The notes: a model not told the origin generated them from the letters alone. 64,000 nucleotides of DNA from Candidatus Multivorans sp. (GCA_965224025.1 OZ245033.1:3360001-3424000), one strand, 5' to 3'; numbered from the stretch's first letter, positions 1-9,474 are shown. A program made the numbers and translations.

Positions 1-572
1 GCGCCGCCGGCGACCATCGCGTCCTGGTAGCCGTGCCTGATCGACTCGTACGCCATGCCCAGCGAGAGGCTCCCCGAAGTGCAGGCGGAGGAGGAGGGGA
101 GGAGACGGCCGGTGAGGCCAAAGAACATGCCGATCGCAGCCGCCGTCGTATGCGGCATCAGCTTGACGTAGACGTTCGAGGTGACGCCCGCGGTCGACCC
201 GGTCGCGAGAAAGCGGCCGACTTCCCGCAGGCTGTCGGTGGATCCGATCGAGGATCCGTACGCCACGCCGACTCGACCGGATCGCAGGACGGGGTCGTCC
301 CGGAGGCCGGCTTGCTCGAGCGCCAGTTCGGTCGCCCGGACGGCCAGGGCCGACACGCGACCCATGGACCGCCGCATCTTGCGCGGCCAGCGCAGGGGCG
401 TCTCGAAGTCGGCCGGAGCGCCCAGCCAGGACCTCAACCCCTCTACACGACTCCATTCGTCCATCCGTTCGACGCCGCCCTCTCCCGCCAACAGACGGGC
501 CCGAATCGACGCCCAGTCCGCGCCGATGGGCGAGATACCGGCGACGCCGGTGACGACGACCCGCCTGTTCAT
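1..572 (-). CDS. Beta-ketoacyl-ACP synthase (FabF/ApeR-like), 3' end runs off the window
   Basis: Not in the ORF track. Manual translation from ATG 572 gives MNRRVVVTGVAGISPIG...VGVAYGSSIG...LMPHTTAAAIGMFFGLTGRLLPSSSACTSGS, with the KS catalytic Cys in SACTSG. Confidence 0.9.
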   Translation of the reverse strand, partial: MNRRVVVTGVAGISPIGADWASIRARLLAGEGGVERMDEWSRVEGLRSWLGAPADFETPLRWPRKMRRSMGRVSALAVRATELALEQAGLRDDPVLRSGRVGVAYGSSIGSTDSLREVGRFLATGSTAGVTSNVYVKLMPHTTAAAIGMFFGLTGRLLPSSSACTSGSLSLGMAYESIRHGYQDAMVAGG

Positions 573-632
573 CCCGGAAGCGTTCCGGCGCGAGAGAGAT
601 TCAAGATGAGGCCGAACGCGGAGTCGGCTCCG

Positions 633-1355
633 CTAGATCATGCCCCCGTTTACCGACAGGACCTGTCGGGTCACGTAGGCGGCAAGGTCGGTGAACAGAT
701 ACCGGACCAGGCTGGCGACCTCCTCGGGCGTTCCCCGGCGTCGCAACGGCACGAGCCGCTCGACGATCTCGTCGGAGGTGCTCTGGGTCATCTCGGTCCC
801 GACGATACCCGGAGCGACGCAATTCACGGTGATCTTCCTCTTGCCGAGTTCGACGGCCAGCGCCTTCACGGCGCCGATCAGCCCCGCCTTGGCGGCACTG
901 TAGTTGACCTGCCCGCGATTGCCAGCGATGCCGGAGATGGACGACATGGCCACGATGCGGCCGCCGTCGCGCAGGCGGATCATCGGCATCACACACGGCT
1001 GTACGACGTTGAAGAAGGAGTCCAGGTTGGTGCGCAGGACATCGTCCCAATCCGCCTCCGTCAAGGCGGGGAACGCGGCGTCGGCGTGGGCGCCGGCGTT
1101 GCAGACGACGCCGTAGAACGCGCCCCGGTCCGCCATGTCCCGGTCGAGGGCGGCGCGAATCGCGACGCGATCCGAGACGTCGCCGAGGAGCGCGCTGGCG
1201 GTGCCGCCGCGCGAGCGGATCTCGCCCACGACGTCCTCCACGTCGCCTCGGGCATTGCAGGCCACGTCGAACCCGTCCTCGGCCAGGGCCAGGGCGACCG
1301 CGCGGCCTATGCCACGTGACGCCCCGGTTATGAGCGCTCGACGCGGTCCGGTCAT
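633..1355 (-). CDS. fabG: 3-oxoacyl-ACP reductase (FabG/ApeQ-like)
   Basis: TGASRGIG, GNRGQVNYSAAK, and C-terminal YVTRQVLSVNGG typical of FabG2 in aryl-polyene clusters. Confidence 0.9.
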   Translation of the reverse strand: MTGPRRALITGASRGIGRAVALALAEDGFDVACNARGDVEDVVGEIRSRGGTASALLGDVSDRVAIRAALDRDMADRGAFYGVVCNAGAHADAAFPALTEADWDDVLRTNLDSFFNVVQPCVMPMIRLRDGGRIVAMSSISGIAGNRGQVNYSAAKAGLIGAVKALAVELGKRKITVNCVAPGIVGTEMTQSTSDEIVERLVPLRRRGTPEEVASLVRYLFTDLAAYVTRQVLSVNGGMI

Positions 1356-1816
1356 CAGGGTGTCCGCTCGCTTCTGGATCGCAGGTAGACGGTTACGGCG
1401 CAGTCTGCCAGTTTACCCCTGAACTGGTCTGCGATAACGCCTCGGAACTTGGAGACGTCGGGAGTTTCGAGGACGGGAGACACGTCGATGGTCAGGCGGG
1501 CGCCGAGGCGGAACCAGGTCTCGGTGCACGTGTACTCCCGCGTGCCGAGAAGGTAGCCGACCCGTACGGGCTCCCCTTTCCGCAGGGCGACGAGTCCGGC
1601 GTGAGCCGCAACAGTCTGGGCGATGTACTCGATGCCGAAGTAGGAGGGAACCCCGTGCGGCGCCTCGTAGAACATCGAGTCTTCGCCGATGCGGACCACG
1701 CTTCGGGTCGACGAGGATCCCTGCGCCGTGGCGCTGTCGATCAGGATCATCGGCGCGGCATGTGGCAGTAGGGCTTCGATGTTAGGCACCGGGACGGTTG
1801 CGGCTCGATCTGGCAC
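1355..1816 (-). CDS. Hotdog-fold 3-hydroxyacyl-ACP dehydratase (ApeP-like)
   Basis: LLPHAAPMILID...GIEYIAQTVAAHAG...VGYLLGTR. Confidence 0.85.
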   Translation of the reverse strand: MPDRAATVPVPNIEALLPHAAPMILIDSATAQGSSSTRSVVRIGEDSMFYEAPHGVPSYFGIEYIAQTVAAHAGLVALRKGEPVRVGYLLGTREYTCTETWFRLGARLTIDVSPVLETPDVSKFRGVIADQFRGKLADCAVTVYLRSRSERTP

Positions 1817-1831
1817 GGACCGCGCGCGGCG

Positions 1832-2416
1832 CTACGCGCCGATTAGCACGCCGCTGCTGTGCGTGCCTGCGTCCGAAGTGAACCTGAATGCGACCCGCGA
1901 CCGCGTCTGGATCTCGTGGATCACTGCGACCCGAAGCCTGACGCCTGGCACGATCAGCCGCGCGAACTTCAGGTTGCGGATCTCGGCGGTCGCGGTGTGA
2001 TCGGCAAAGACCCGACGCGAGAGCTTGTCCGCCCACAGCAACTGGGCGAGGCCGGGAACGATCGGCTCGTCCGGGAAATGGCCCTCCAGGACCGCCAGGT
2101 CGGCCGTCACCGCAGCCTCGCCGAGCCACGTCGCGGTAGTGCACTCGAGTTCCTTCCAACGTGGGTGGAGGGGACGGTCGCGATTGGCCTTCCCGGCGGC
2201 GGGAAGACGCCGCACGAAGCGCCATCGCTCGTGCACCCGCTCGATATCCGCTGCGGACGAAAGAAGGCTGCTCAGTTCCCGGACTAGCGCCTGCTTGCCC
2301 TTGTACGCCAGGGTTTCCCAACCAGCCTCCGTCGGCACGACGAAGAGTTCTCCGGCGTGGAACCGGGCGGTCTCGACGGACTCCAGACGTTTGACCGCCC
2401 TGACCAGAGCGTTCAT
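1832..2416 (-). CDS. ApeI-like dehydratase with an N-terminal extension
   Basis: LEGHFPDEPIVPGLAQL and NLKFARLIVPG (FabA/Z-like hotdog motifs). Confidence 0.8.
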   Translation of the reverse strand: MNALVRAVKRLESVETARFHAGELFVVPTEAGWETLAYKGKQALVRELSSLLSSAADIERVHERWRFVRRLPAAGKANRDRPLHPRWKELECTTATWLGEAAVTADLAVLEGHFPDEPIVPGLAQLLWADKLSRRVFADHTATAEIRNLKFARLIVPGVRLRVAVIHEIQTRSRVAFRFTSDAGTHSSGVLIGA

Positions 2417-2417
2417 T

Positions 2418-2687
2418 TCAGCGGACCTGCAACAACTCGGCGACGAGGTCGACCAGGTCCTCGACCGTGCGAATCTCCTTGACCCGTTCCGGTGCGATTT
2501 CGGCCTGTGTGAACTCCTTGAGTCGGACGATCAGATCCACCGCGTCGATGCTGTCGAGGGCCAGATCTTCGTAGAGGCGGGCGTCGAGGGCGATCCGGGC
2601 TGGCTGAAGCTCGTACATCTCGACCAGGATGTCCGTGAGCTTGGCCTCGATTTCGTCGCGCGTCATCCTTTTCTGCGGCTCCTTCAA
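2418..2687 (-). CDS. Acyl carrier protein
   Basis: DLALDSIDAVDL phosphopantetheine Ser motif; acidic, 89 aa or less (start may be MTRDEIE). Confidence 0.92.
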   Translation of the reverse strand: MKEPQKRMTRDEIEAKLTDILVEMYELQPARIALDARLYEDLALDSIDAVDLIVRLKEFTQAEIAPERVKEIRTVEDLVDLVAELLQVR

Positions 2688-2700
2688 GCAACGCCGAACC

Positions 2701-3516
2701 CTACCAGCGGGCCATCTTCGGATCCAGGCAATCCGCGGGTGGCAGTCCCAACGCCCGCTCCAGAATCCTGCAGCCCGATCGGGACTTCTCGCGCTCGCTG
2801 CCGCGGCTTCCGAACGCGGACGGATGGATCTCTTCGCCGACGCTCATCGTGAAGCGCACAGCGTCTGGCGGAAGGCGCGCGAGAGAGTCCGTCTTGCCGA
2901 GCGCGGGCGGGCGAACCCGTAGGCGGACGGGAACCGCCGAATGGTCGGACCGCAAGAGAATCAGCGCCGCACCGCGCCGCACGGCAACTGGCCGGTCCTT
3001 CCTCGTGCGCGTCCCTTCCGGAAAGAGGAGGACCGTCTCGCCGGCTCGCAGGAGACGCACCGTCCGGTCGACGACGTCAAGCGGGTCGACGCTTGGCACA
3101 TAGCCTGCGAGGCGGACGACCGCACCCAGAAACGGGCTGCGCCACACGGCCCGTTTGACGACGCAGCGTGCGTCGGGAAGGCGGGAGACCAGGACCACGA
3201 CATCGATCAGCGATGGATGGTTGGCGACCACGAGCCGACCGCGAAGATGAAGCAGGCGCTCTTCTCCGCGAAACTCGAACCGCATGAGGCGCAGAACGGA
3301 CAAAAAGGCCAGGAACAGGCGAAAGGACAGTTGAATGGCTCTACGGCACCGCCGTCCGATCGCTTCTCGCGGGCTCAACAGACGGATGGTGGGGAAGATG
3401 ACGGCGCCCAGAACGAGGCCGCCGAGGCCGAAGAGAAGAAACGACATGGCCGTCAGCGGAATCCTCCAGCAGCGCTGAAGGAAAGTTCTTGCGTCGGCCA
3501 TCCGGTTACTTGCCAT
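2701..3516 (-). CDS. Lysophospholipid acyltransferase family protein (ApeD/PlsC-like)
   Basis: ANHPSLID (HX4D) and FPEGTRT motifs, N-terminal TM segment; start ATG 3516 or 3501. Confidence 0.88.
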   Translation of the reverse strand: MASNRMADARTFLQRCWRIPLTAMSFLLFGLGGLVLGAVIFPTIRLLSPREAIGRRCRRAIQLSFRLFLAFLSVLRLMRFEFRGEERLLHLRGRLVVANHPSLIDVVVLVSRLPDARCVVKRAVWRSPFLGAVVRLAGYVPSVDPLDVVDRTVRLLRAGETVLLFPEGTRTRKDRPVAVRRGAALILLRSDHSAVPVRLRVRPPALGKTDSLARLPPDAVRFTMSVGEEIHPSAFGSRGSEREKSRSGCRILERALGLPPADCLDPKMARW

Positions 3517-4258
3517 CCTGCCTTGGCGCTTCCGCTCCGTTCGCTGCTCGCCGTCCGCCGCTTCCGGATGAAGGAGCCGGGCCTTCGGTCGCGGCGACAT
3601 GGCGAAGCGCCCTCGCCGCCGCGCGGCGCTCGGCCGCCTTCTTCGATCGGCCCGTCGCGCTGGCCGCAATCTCGCCGTCGATCCAGCACTCGACGTGAAA
3701 GACCGGATCATGATCCGGACCCTCCCGACTCATGTGCTGGTACTCGGGGGGATCGAGGCCTTTCCCCTGCAGCAGCTCCTGCAGCCTGGATTTCGCATCT
3801 GAGGCGTCCATTGCTTCGGCGGCCTCTGCCTCGATCCACGGCTCGACCAGGCCGCAGGCCGCCTCCAGGCCACCGTCGACGAACACGGCACCGATCACGG
3901 CTTCGAGCGCACAGGCGAGGAGCGACTGCTTGTCGCGCCCCCCGGAGCGCTCCTCGCCACGGCCCAGCCGGAGGGCCGAACCGAGCTCCAGACGCCGTGC
4001 GCAGCGCGCCAGCGCCTCCGCACTCACGACCCGGGACTTGACCTTTGACAGGTCGCCTTCCGCCGCCAGCGGTCGGCCGCGGAACAGCCAGTTGGCGGCG
4101 ATCAGACCAAGCACCGAGTCGCCAAGGAACTCGAGGCGCTCGTTGTGCTGCTTCAAGCCCTGTTCGTTGGCGAAGGAGGTATGTGTCAGGGCCTGTTCGA
4201 GAAGAGCGCGGTTCTGAAACGAATAGCCGAGGCGGTCTTCGATCGGGTGGGGTTCCAC
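3506..4258 (-). CDS. rnc: Ribonuclease III
   Basis: ALTHTS...HNERLEFLGDSVLG and dsRBD DAKSRLQE...GPDHDP...GRSKKAAE; true start is GTG 4258 inside the track ORF 3506..5074. Confidence 0.96.
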   Translation of the reverse strand: MEPHPIEDRLGYSFQNRALLEQALTHTSFANEQGLKQHNERLEFLGDSVLGLIAANWLFRGRPLAAEGDLSKVKSRVVSAEALARCARRLELGSALRLGRGEERSGGRDKQSLLACALEAVIGAVFVDGGLEAACGLVEPWIEAEAAEAMDASDAKSRLQELLQGKGLDPPEYQHMSREGPDHDPVFHVECWIDGEIAASATGRSKKAAERRAAARALRHVAATEGPAPSSGSGGRRAANGAEAPRQDGK

Positions 4259-4263
4259 GGACC

Positions 4264-5562
4264 TCAGGGGTAGATCCGATCCATCGTTCGAGGGTAGGGG
4301 ATTGTCTCTCGCAGGTGATGGACGCCGGCCATCCAGGCGACGAAGCGCTCGACGCCCATGCCGAAGCCGCTGTGCTCGAACGTGCCGTAGCGGCGGATGT
4401 CCAGGTACCACTGGAAGGACTCGAGCGGCAGATCGTGCTCCTTGAGCCGCGACAGCAGCAGATCGTGGTCGTGGATGCGCTGGCTGCCGCCGATGATCTC
4501 GCCGTAGCCTTCCGGAGCGATCACGTCGAGCGCCAGGGCCAGGGTCGGGTCTTCCGGGTCGGGTTCCATGTAGAACGCCTTCAGTGAAGTCGGGTAGTGG
4601 GTGACCATCACCGGGCGGTCGAACTGCTGGGCGATCGCGGTCTCTTCCGGAGCGCCGAAGTCGTTGCCGAACTCGATCTCCGACCCCTGGCGGCGCAGCA
4701 GGTCGATCGCTTCCGTGTAGCGGAGCCGCGGGAAGGGCTTGCGGATCGCTTCCAGTTTGGACGTGTCCCGCTCGAGGACCCTGAGCGGGTCGCCGCAGTT
4801 CTCCAGCACCCGCTCCGCCAGGTAGGCGACGAAGTCCTCGGCCAATTCGCACAGGCCCTCGAAGTCGAGGAAGGCCGCTTCCGGCTCGACCATCCAGAAC
4901 TCCATCAGGTGGCGCCGGGTCTTCGACTTCTCGGCCCGGAAGGTGGGGCCGAAGCAGTAGACCTTGCCGAGAGCGGCGGCCGCGGGCTCGAGGTAGAGCT
5001 GGCCGGACTGGCTCAGGTAGACGTTGCCGTGGTCGAAGTACGGCGTCTCGAACAGGGTCGAGGCCCCTTCGCACGCCGCCGGCGTCAGGATCGGCGAGTC
5101 GACCAGGTAGTAGCCGCGCTCGCGGTGGAAGTCGTGGATCGCCTGGCAGACTTCGCTGCGGATCCGCAGCACCGCGCGCTGCCGGCTCGAGCGCAGCCAG
5201 AGGTGGCGATGGTCCATCAGGAAGGCGGTGCCGTGCTCCTTCGGCGTGATCGGATACCCGTCCGCGCCGCGGACCAGTGCCAGGGACGAGACGTGGACCT
5301 CGACCCCGCCGGGCGAGCGCGGGTCGGCGGCGGCGGTGCCGCTCACCGCGACTGTCGATTCCTGCGTGGCGTGTTGGAGCGCCTCCCAGGAGGCCTCGTC
5401 CACCTCCTTGCGGCTGATGACGAGCTGCACCGTGGCACCCGAATCCCGGAGCTGGATGAAGCCGATCCGGCCGCTGGAACGGCGGCCGTCGACCCAGCCG
5501 CGCAGGCGGACTTGCTCGCCGACGAGCGCGCCCAGCTCGGGGATCGAATTCCAGCCGCTCAC
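4264..5562 (-). CDS. asnS: Asparagine--tRNA ligase
   Basis: OB-fold N-terminus, YLSQSGQLY, GPTFRAEKSKTRRHLMEFWM, EIIGGSQR, HSGFGMGVER. Confidence 0.96.
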   Translation of the reverse strand: MSGWNSIPELGALVGEQVRLRGWVDGRRSSGRIGFIQLRDSGATVQLVISRKEVDEASWEALQHATQESTVAVSGTAAADPRSPGGVEVHVSSLALVRGADGYPITPKEHGTAFLMDHRHLWLRSSRQRAVLRIRSEVCQAIHDFHRERGYYLVDSPILTPAACEGASTLFETPYFDHGNVYLSQSGQLYLEPAAAALGKVYCFGPTFRAEKSKTRRHLMEFWMVEPEAAFLDFEGLCELAEDFVAYLAERVLENCGDPLRVLERDTSKLEAIRKPFPRLRYTEAIDLLRRQGSEIEFGNDFGAPEETAIAQQFDRPVMVTHYPTSLKAFYMEPDPEDPTLALALDVIAPEGYGEIIGGSQRIHDHDLLLSRLKEHDLPLESFQWYLDIRRYGTFEHSGFGMGVERFVAWMAGVHHLRETIPYPRTMDRIYP

Positions 5563-5777
5563 GGGTCGCTCCTCACGGCGCGATCATACCGGCGGGGAGT
5601 GTCGGACTCCGGGAGTGGCGGACATTGGCGGACCGGCCGGAAACGGGCAGGCGGTGGCCGCAAGGCAACGGCGGCTGCCAGCCGCTACACTAGCGCTCGA
5701 TGCGTCGCCAGCGGTCTGGGGCTCCGGCCCCTCCGGTAGCAGCCGGGCCTGCCGGGGGCCTCGGGGCCCGGGCTGCG

Positions 5778-6275
5778 ATGACGGAACCGGCCGTACCGTT
5801 CACAGCCGGTCCAGCGACATCAGTGGCTATCGCGACGCTCGCGATCCTCTGCTGTCTGGCGCTCGGCCTGGTCGTTGCCGCGCCGCTCCTGGCCGCTTCC
5901 GGCGGTCTTTCGGCATCGGTGCTTTACGAGTCCTTCGCTCGGGTCTGCCATCAGATCGCCGAACGCAGCTTCCATGTGGCGGGTCACCCCCTGGCCGTCT
6001 GCCACCGCTGCTTCGGTTTCTACGTCGGCTTCACCCTGGGGATGATCGTGCTGCCGCTTCTCCGTCCGGCGCGCGACTGGCTGCTCGAGAAACCCAGGCG
6101 CATTCTGCTGTTCCTGACGCCCGCCGCGATCGACTGGCTGCTGCCGATGAACACGCCGGCGAGCCGTTTCCTGACCGGCGTGCTGGCGGCGGCGCCCATC
6201 GCCGTCCTGGTCTGGGGCGCAGTCGGCCAGATCGTCCAACAGATGCCCCGAAACTTGCCACTTGAGGACCCGTAG
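5778..6275 (+). CDS. DUF2085-like membrane protein
   Basis: VCHQIAERSF...AVCHRCFGFYVG signature and several TM helices. Confidence 0.8.
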   Translation: MTEPAVPFTAGPATSVAIATLAILCCLALGLVVAAPLLAASGGLSASVLYESFARVCHQIAERSFHVAGHPLAVCHRCFGFYVGFTLGMIVLPLLRPARDWLLEKPRRILLFLTPAAIDWLLPMNTPASRFLTGVLAAAPIAVLVWGAVGQIVQQMPRNLPLEDP

Positions 6276-6324
6276 AGCGTCTTGACCGGCGTGTGCTCGG
6301 GTTCGACCCGTCTGAGGAGATTCC

Positions 6325-6780
6325 ATGATACCGAAGAAACTCAAAGCAGCGGCCATCGGCGGTGGGGCGGCGGGAATCGCCTCGCAGATTCCATACTTGG
6401 AGTGGGTCAACGCTGCCTGCTGTGCGTTGGTCGTCGGCGGTGGTCTCCTAGCCGCTTACCTCGCGCGCCGGGACGACGGGAACGCGGAAGGCTTGCTCTA
6501 CAAGGACGGAGCGTTGATCGGCTTCATGTCTGGAGTCGTAGCGACGATCGTCTCCTTGGCCCTTGAACGGGTGTTGCAGGTAGGTCGTAACGATGAAACG
6601 GACGAGCAGGTCCAGGAGGCGCTAGCACAGGCTGAGGGCGCGCCGGAATGGGTCCTCGGACTGATCGAGAGCATGTCTACTGGCTGGTTTCAGGCGGGAA
6701 TCACGCTCGTCCTCTTCGGCGCCTTCGGTGTTCTAGGAGGCGTGTTGGGTGTGGCGGTGACTGGCCGCCGAAGAGGTTAG
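6325..6780 (+). CDS. Hypothetical multi-TM membrane protein
   Basis: GAGGAG RBS before ATG; hydrophobic segments, NAACC motif, C-terminal RRRG. Confidence 0.75.
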   Translation: MIPKKLKAAAIGGGAAGIASQIPYLEWVNAACCALVVGGGLLAAYLARRDDGNAEGLLYKDGALIGFMSGVVATIVSLALERVLQVGRNDETDEQVQEALAQAEGAPEWVLGLIESMSTGWFQAGITLVLFGAFGVLGGVLGVAVTGRRRG

Positions 6781-6809
6781 CCACGAGTGTTGGGCGAGCG
6801 AGTGACATC

Positions 6810-6890
6810 TGAGCGTGACCCGGTTTCGTGGGCACCAGATCCGTGGAAGAAGCGGTACCCCAAGATGTCGAGAAGAAGGGGCCGTACCAT
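6810..6890 (+). mobile_element. Degenerate IS3-family left-end remnant
   Basis: TGAGCGTGACCCGGTTTCGTGGGCACCAGATCC matches the ends at 7742 (+) and 8965 (-), followed by a decayed orfA start. Confidence 0.7.
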
Positions 6891-7051
6891 GTTGCCCACG
6901 GGGAACACGCCCGATACGATGCGCCGAATGGGCTTCAAGAATGCCCGAGGGACTTGCAGGGCTCGTACGAGCGATCCGCACCACGGAGTGCGGACACCCG
7001 TTTAGCGGTGTGTTCCTCAACTAGCAGTAGACCACCAGAGAGGATACAACC

Positions 7052-7357
7052 GTGACGACACCAGCTGTTCCGCCGCCTACCGCCTCCACCTACGCCGAGG
7101 GTAGTCAGGCCACGGCGGCCCTAGTCTTGGGGATCCTCGGCTTCGTCTGCTGCTTCCTCTGCGCTCCGTTCGCCTGGTGGATCGGTGCGGCGGAAGTCTC
7201 GGCAATTGACGCGGGACGGAGGCCACCTCAGAATCGAGGCGTTGGGAACGCTGGCAAGATCCTAGGCATCATAGGCACCTGCCTCATGACTCCCTTCGTC
7301 TTGATCATCTTGTTCCTGAACTTCGCCACCATCATGGCGGCCCTGGCGGGCGGCTAG
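7052..7357 (+). CDS. DUF4190-like small membrane protein
   Basis: ATAALVLGILGFVCC...G...GKILGIIG two-TM pattern; GAGG RBS. Confidence 0.78.
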   Translation: MTTPAVPPPTASTYAEGSQATAALVLGILGFVCCFLCAPFAWWIGAAEVSAIDAGRRPPQNRGVGNAGKILGIIGTCLMTPFVLIILFLNFATIMAALAGG

Positions 7358-7409
7358 GCGAGAGTGCAACTGCCAAGGTCGCGATGTAGCCAACCGAGGT
7401 GGATTCGTA

Positions 7410-7739
7410 GTGGTTTTTTGGGCCGAGCTTTCGTGGCCAAGCCTTCGTGTTTGCCTCTTTGCGTCTCTTACTGGCGTTGCCTGTCCGGGATGTGGCCTTA
7501 CCCGGGCCGTCGTAGCTCTTGCGTTGGGCGATTTTGCCGCGTCTTGGCGGTATCATCCACTGGCCATGCCCGTCGTGGTCCAGGGTACCGTTTTCGCTTG
7601 GAGCTGCATGCGAGCGCGACTGCGGCCCGAGTCGGCGGGACCTGGCCGGCTCCAACTCGCCGCGCTTGCGACGCTGGGTGTTGTTCTCGTCGTCACTTGG
7701 TTCTGGCGTTGGTCGTCTGGCAACTTGCCGCCGGTATGA
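7410..7739 (+). CDS. DUF2752-like membrane protein (5' end uncertain or possibly truncated)
   Basis: CLFASLTGVACPGCGLTRA...GDFAASWRYHPL signature. Confidence 0.8.
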   Translation: MVFWAELSWPSLRVCLFASLTGVACPGCGLTRAVVALALGDFAASWRYHPLAMPVVVQGTVFAWSCMRARLRPESAGPGRLQLAALATLGVVLVVTWFWRWSSGNLPPV

Positions 7740-7741
7740 GC

Positions 7742-8455
7742 TGAGCTTGACCCGGTTCGTGGACACCGGATCCTTGTAGGAGGAGGTATCCGCGATGCCG
7801 AGATCAAGAGCCCCGTACCCAGCAGAGTTCCGGCGCCAGATGGTGGATCTGGTGCGGTCCGGGCGCAGCCCGGACCATCTAGCCCGCGAGTTCGAACCGT
7901 CAGCGCAATCGATCCGTAACTGGGTAGTCCAGGCGGACCGGGACGATGGCCGCCGAGATGACGGGATGACCACCGCCGAGCGCGAGGAGCTCCGGAGGCT
8001 GCGCCGTGAGAATCGGCGTCTGCGCGAAGGGCGGGAGATCCTGGCAAAAGCAACGGCCTGGTTCGCCCGGGAGACGAGGCCCAAGAGGTCTACGGGTTCA
8101 TGAGGGCGCACCAGGCCGTGTTCCACGTCACCACGATGGCCCGGGTGCTCGGCGTCTCCTCGAGCGGGTTCTACGCGTGGCTCAGGCGGCGGTGCTCGGC
8201 GCGGTCGCAGTCGGATGACAGTCTGTTGCGGCAGGTGCGGGAGATTCACCGAAGCAGTCGGGGCACCTACGGTGCACCACGCATCCACGCGGAGCTGGTG
8301 GAGTCGGGGGTCTGCGTAGGCCGGAAGCGGATCGCCCGTCTGACGCGAGAGGCCGGCTTGGCCGGCATCAGCCGACGCAAGGGGCCCCGCACCACGCGCC
8401 GCGACCCGCAGGCCCTCCCGGCGCCGGATCTGGTCAACCGCCGGTTTCACCGCCG
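7742..8455 (+). mobile_element. IS3-family element, truncated (orfA 7795..8103; orfB from about 8100, cut before the DDE core)
   Basis: TG-initiated left end; orfA YPAEFRRQMV...EREELRRLRREN; orfB GTYGAPRIHAEL...PAPDLVNRRF, after which the similarity ends. Confidence 0.9.
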
Positions 8456-8863
8456 TTGCTCCGGACCGCCTATGGCCATCCGTTGCCGGCCCGGTCCAAG
8501 GAAGCCAACCGGAAGAAGTCAAAGGTGCGCGCGCGAGTTGAACACGTCTTCGGCCACCAGGAGGCGATGGGCGGGAAGCTGGTCAGGACAGTGTGCCTGG
8601 ACAGGGCGAGTTGCAAGATCGGAATGATGAATCTTGTCTACAACCTGCGCCGCTCGCTTGGCTTGGCGCCCGCAAACCGTTGAGCCCCGCTCAAGCTGCC
8701 GCCTGAGCCCCCGGGTAGGCGGCCGCCACCGGCAAGCCCGCCCTCCGAGTCGGCCCGAAACCGCGGCCGCCTCTCCTTCGAGCCGGCCAGTCGCCCTACA
8801 ACTCCCATCCTCTCCGGCGATACGTCACCAAACGATGCCGTCAAACCGATTCTGAGAGCCTCC
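8456..8863 (+). mobile_element. IS5-family transposase C-terminal fragment and probable right end
   Basis: NRKKSKVRARVEHVFGHQ...KIGMMNLVYNLRR. Confidence 0.8.
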
Positions 8864-8965
8864 CATCTGGCGCCGGTACTCTGCTGAGTACGGCGGGCTT
8901 GATCTCGGCGTCGCGCGTACCTCCTTCTACAAGGATCTGGTGTCCACGAAACCGGGTCAAGCTCA
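8864..8965 (-). mobile_element. IS3-family left-end remnant, inverted
   Basis: Minus strand reads TGAGCTTGACCCGGTTTCGTGGACACCAGATCCTTGTAGAAGGAGGTA, nearly identical to the sequence from 7742. Confidence 0.85.
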
Positions 8966-9460
8966 GGCGGTAGTACCGCTGGTGCCAGATGCCCGCCTGG
9001 TCTTCGTCGTCCATGGGGCATGCGCCAGGTGCGGACGGTCGCCCGGGCCAAGTCCAGGGAGTAGCGGCCGTCTGGCTGGTCGATTCTGGTCTGGAATGCG
9101 GTCCTCGGCAAGCGTCCTGCGGGACGTACCGGCAGGCGATCCGGCGATAGCGGTCGCGCCAGCGGTCCTCGACGCTGATGTCGTGGGCGAGTTCCGCGTC
9201 GCCTTCGACGAGGACCTTGCAGTAAGGGAAGATCCTGCTCGTCGAACGTCAGGTAGGGTCGGGGATCGCCGTCGCAGGTTCGCGAACCAGGCGGAGTTCT
9301 CGGGACGGCGTGAACCCGGGTGGCGCGACCTGCGCCACCCGGGAACCACTCTGTGCTCCCGTCATCGGACACACGGATAGCACCAATTTGCCTCCTCCCA
9401 GAAGTTTGGGGATCACTAGGGGGCCACCCGTCATCGCAGACTGTGCCGATCCGCGTCAGA
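8966..9460 (-). pseudogene. PPOX/pyridoxamine 5'-phosphate oxidase-family gene, second decayed copy (5'-truncated, frameshifted)
   Basis: Nucleotide similarity to 10760..11178 (WFANLRR, KVLVEGDAEL, WRDRYRRIACRYVP). It extends further 3' (TVRTWRMP...GIWHQRYYR) until cut by the IS3 end. Confidence 0.8.
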
Positions 9461-9474
9461 TTGTCGTCTTTCGT

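Noticed and set aside
4259-5074. Apparent long N-terminal extension on RNase III
   Set aside because: It overlaps asnS in another frame; a GTG at 4258 just after the asnS stop gives a normal-length Rnc.
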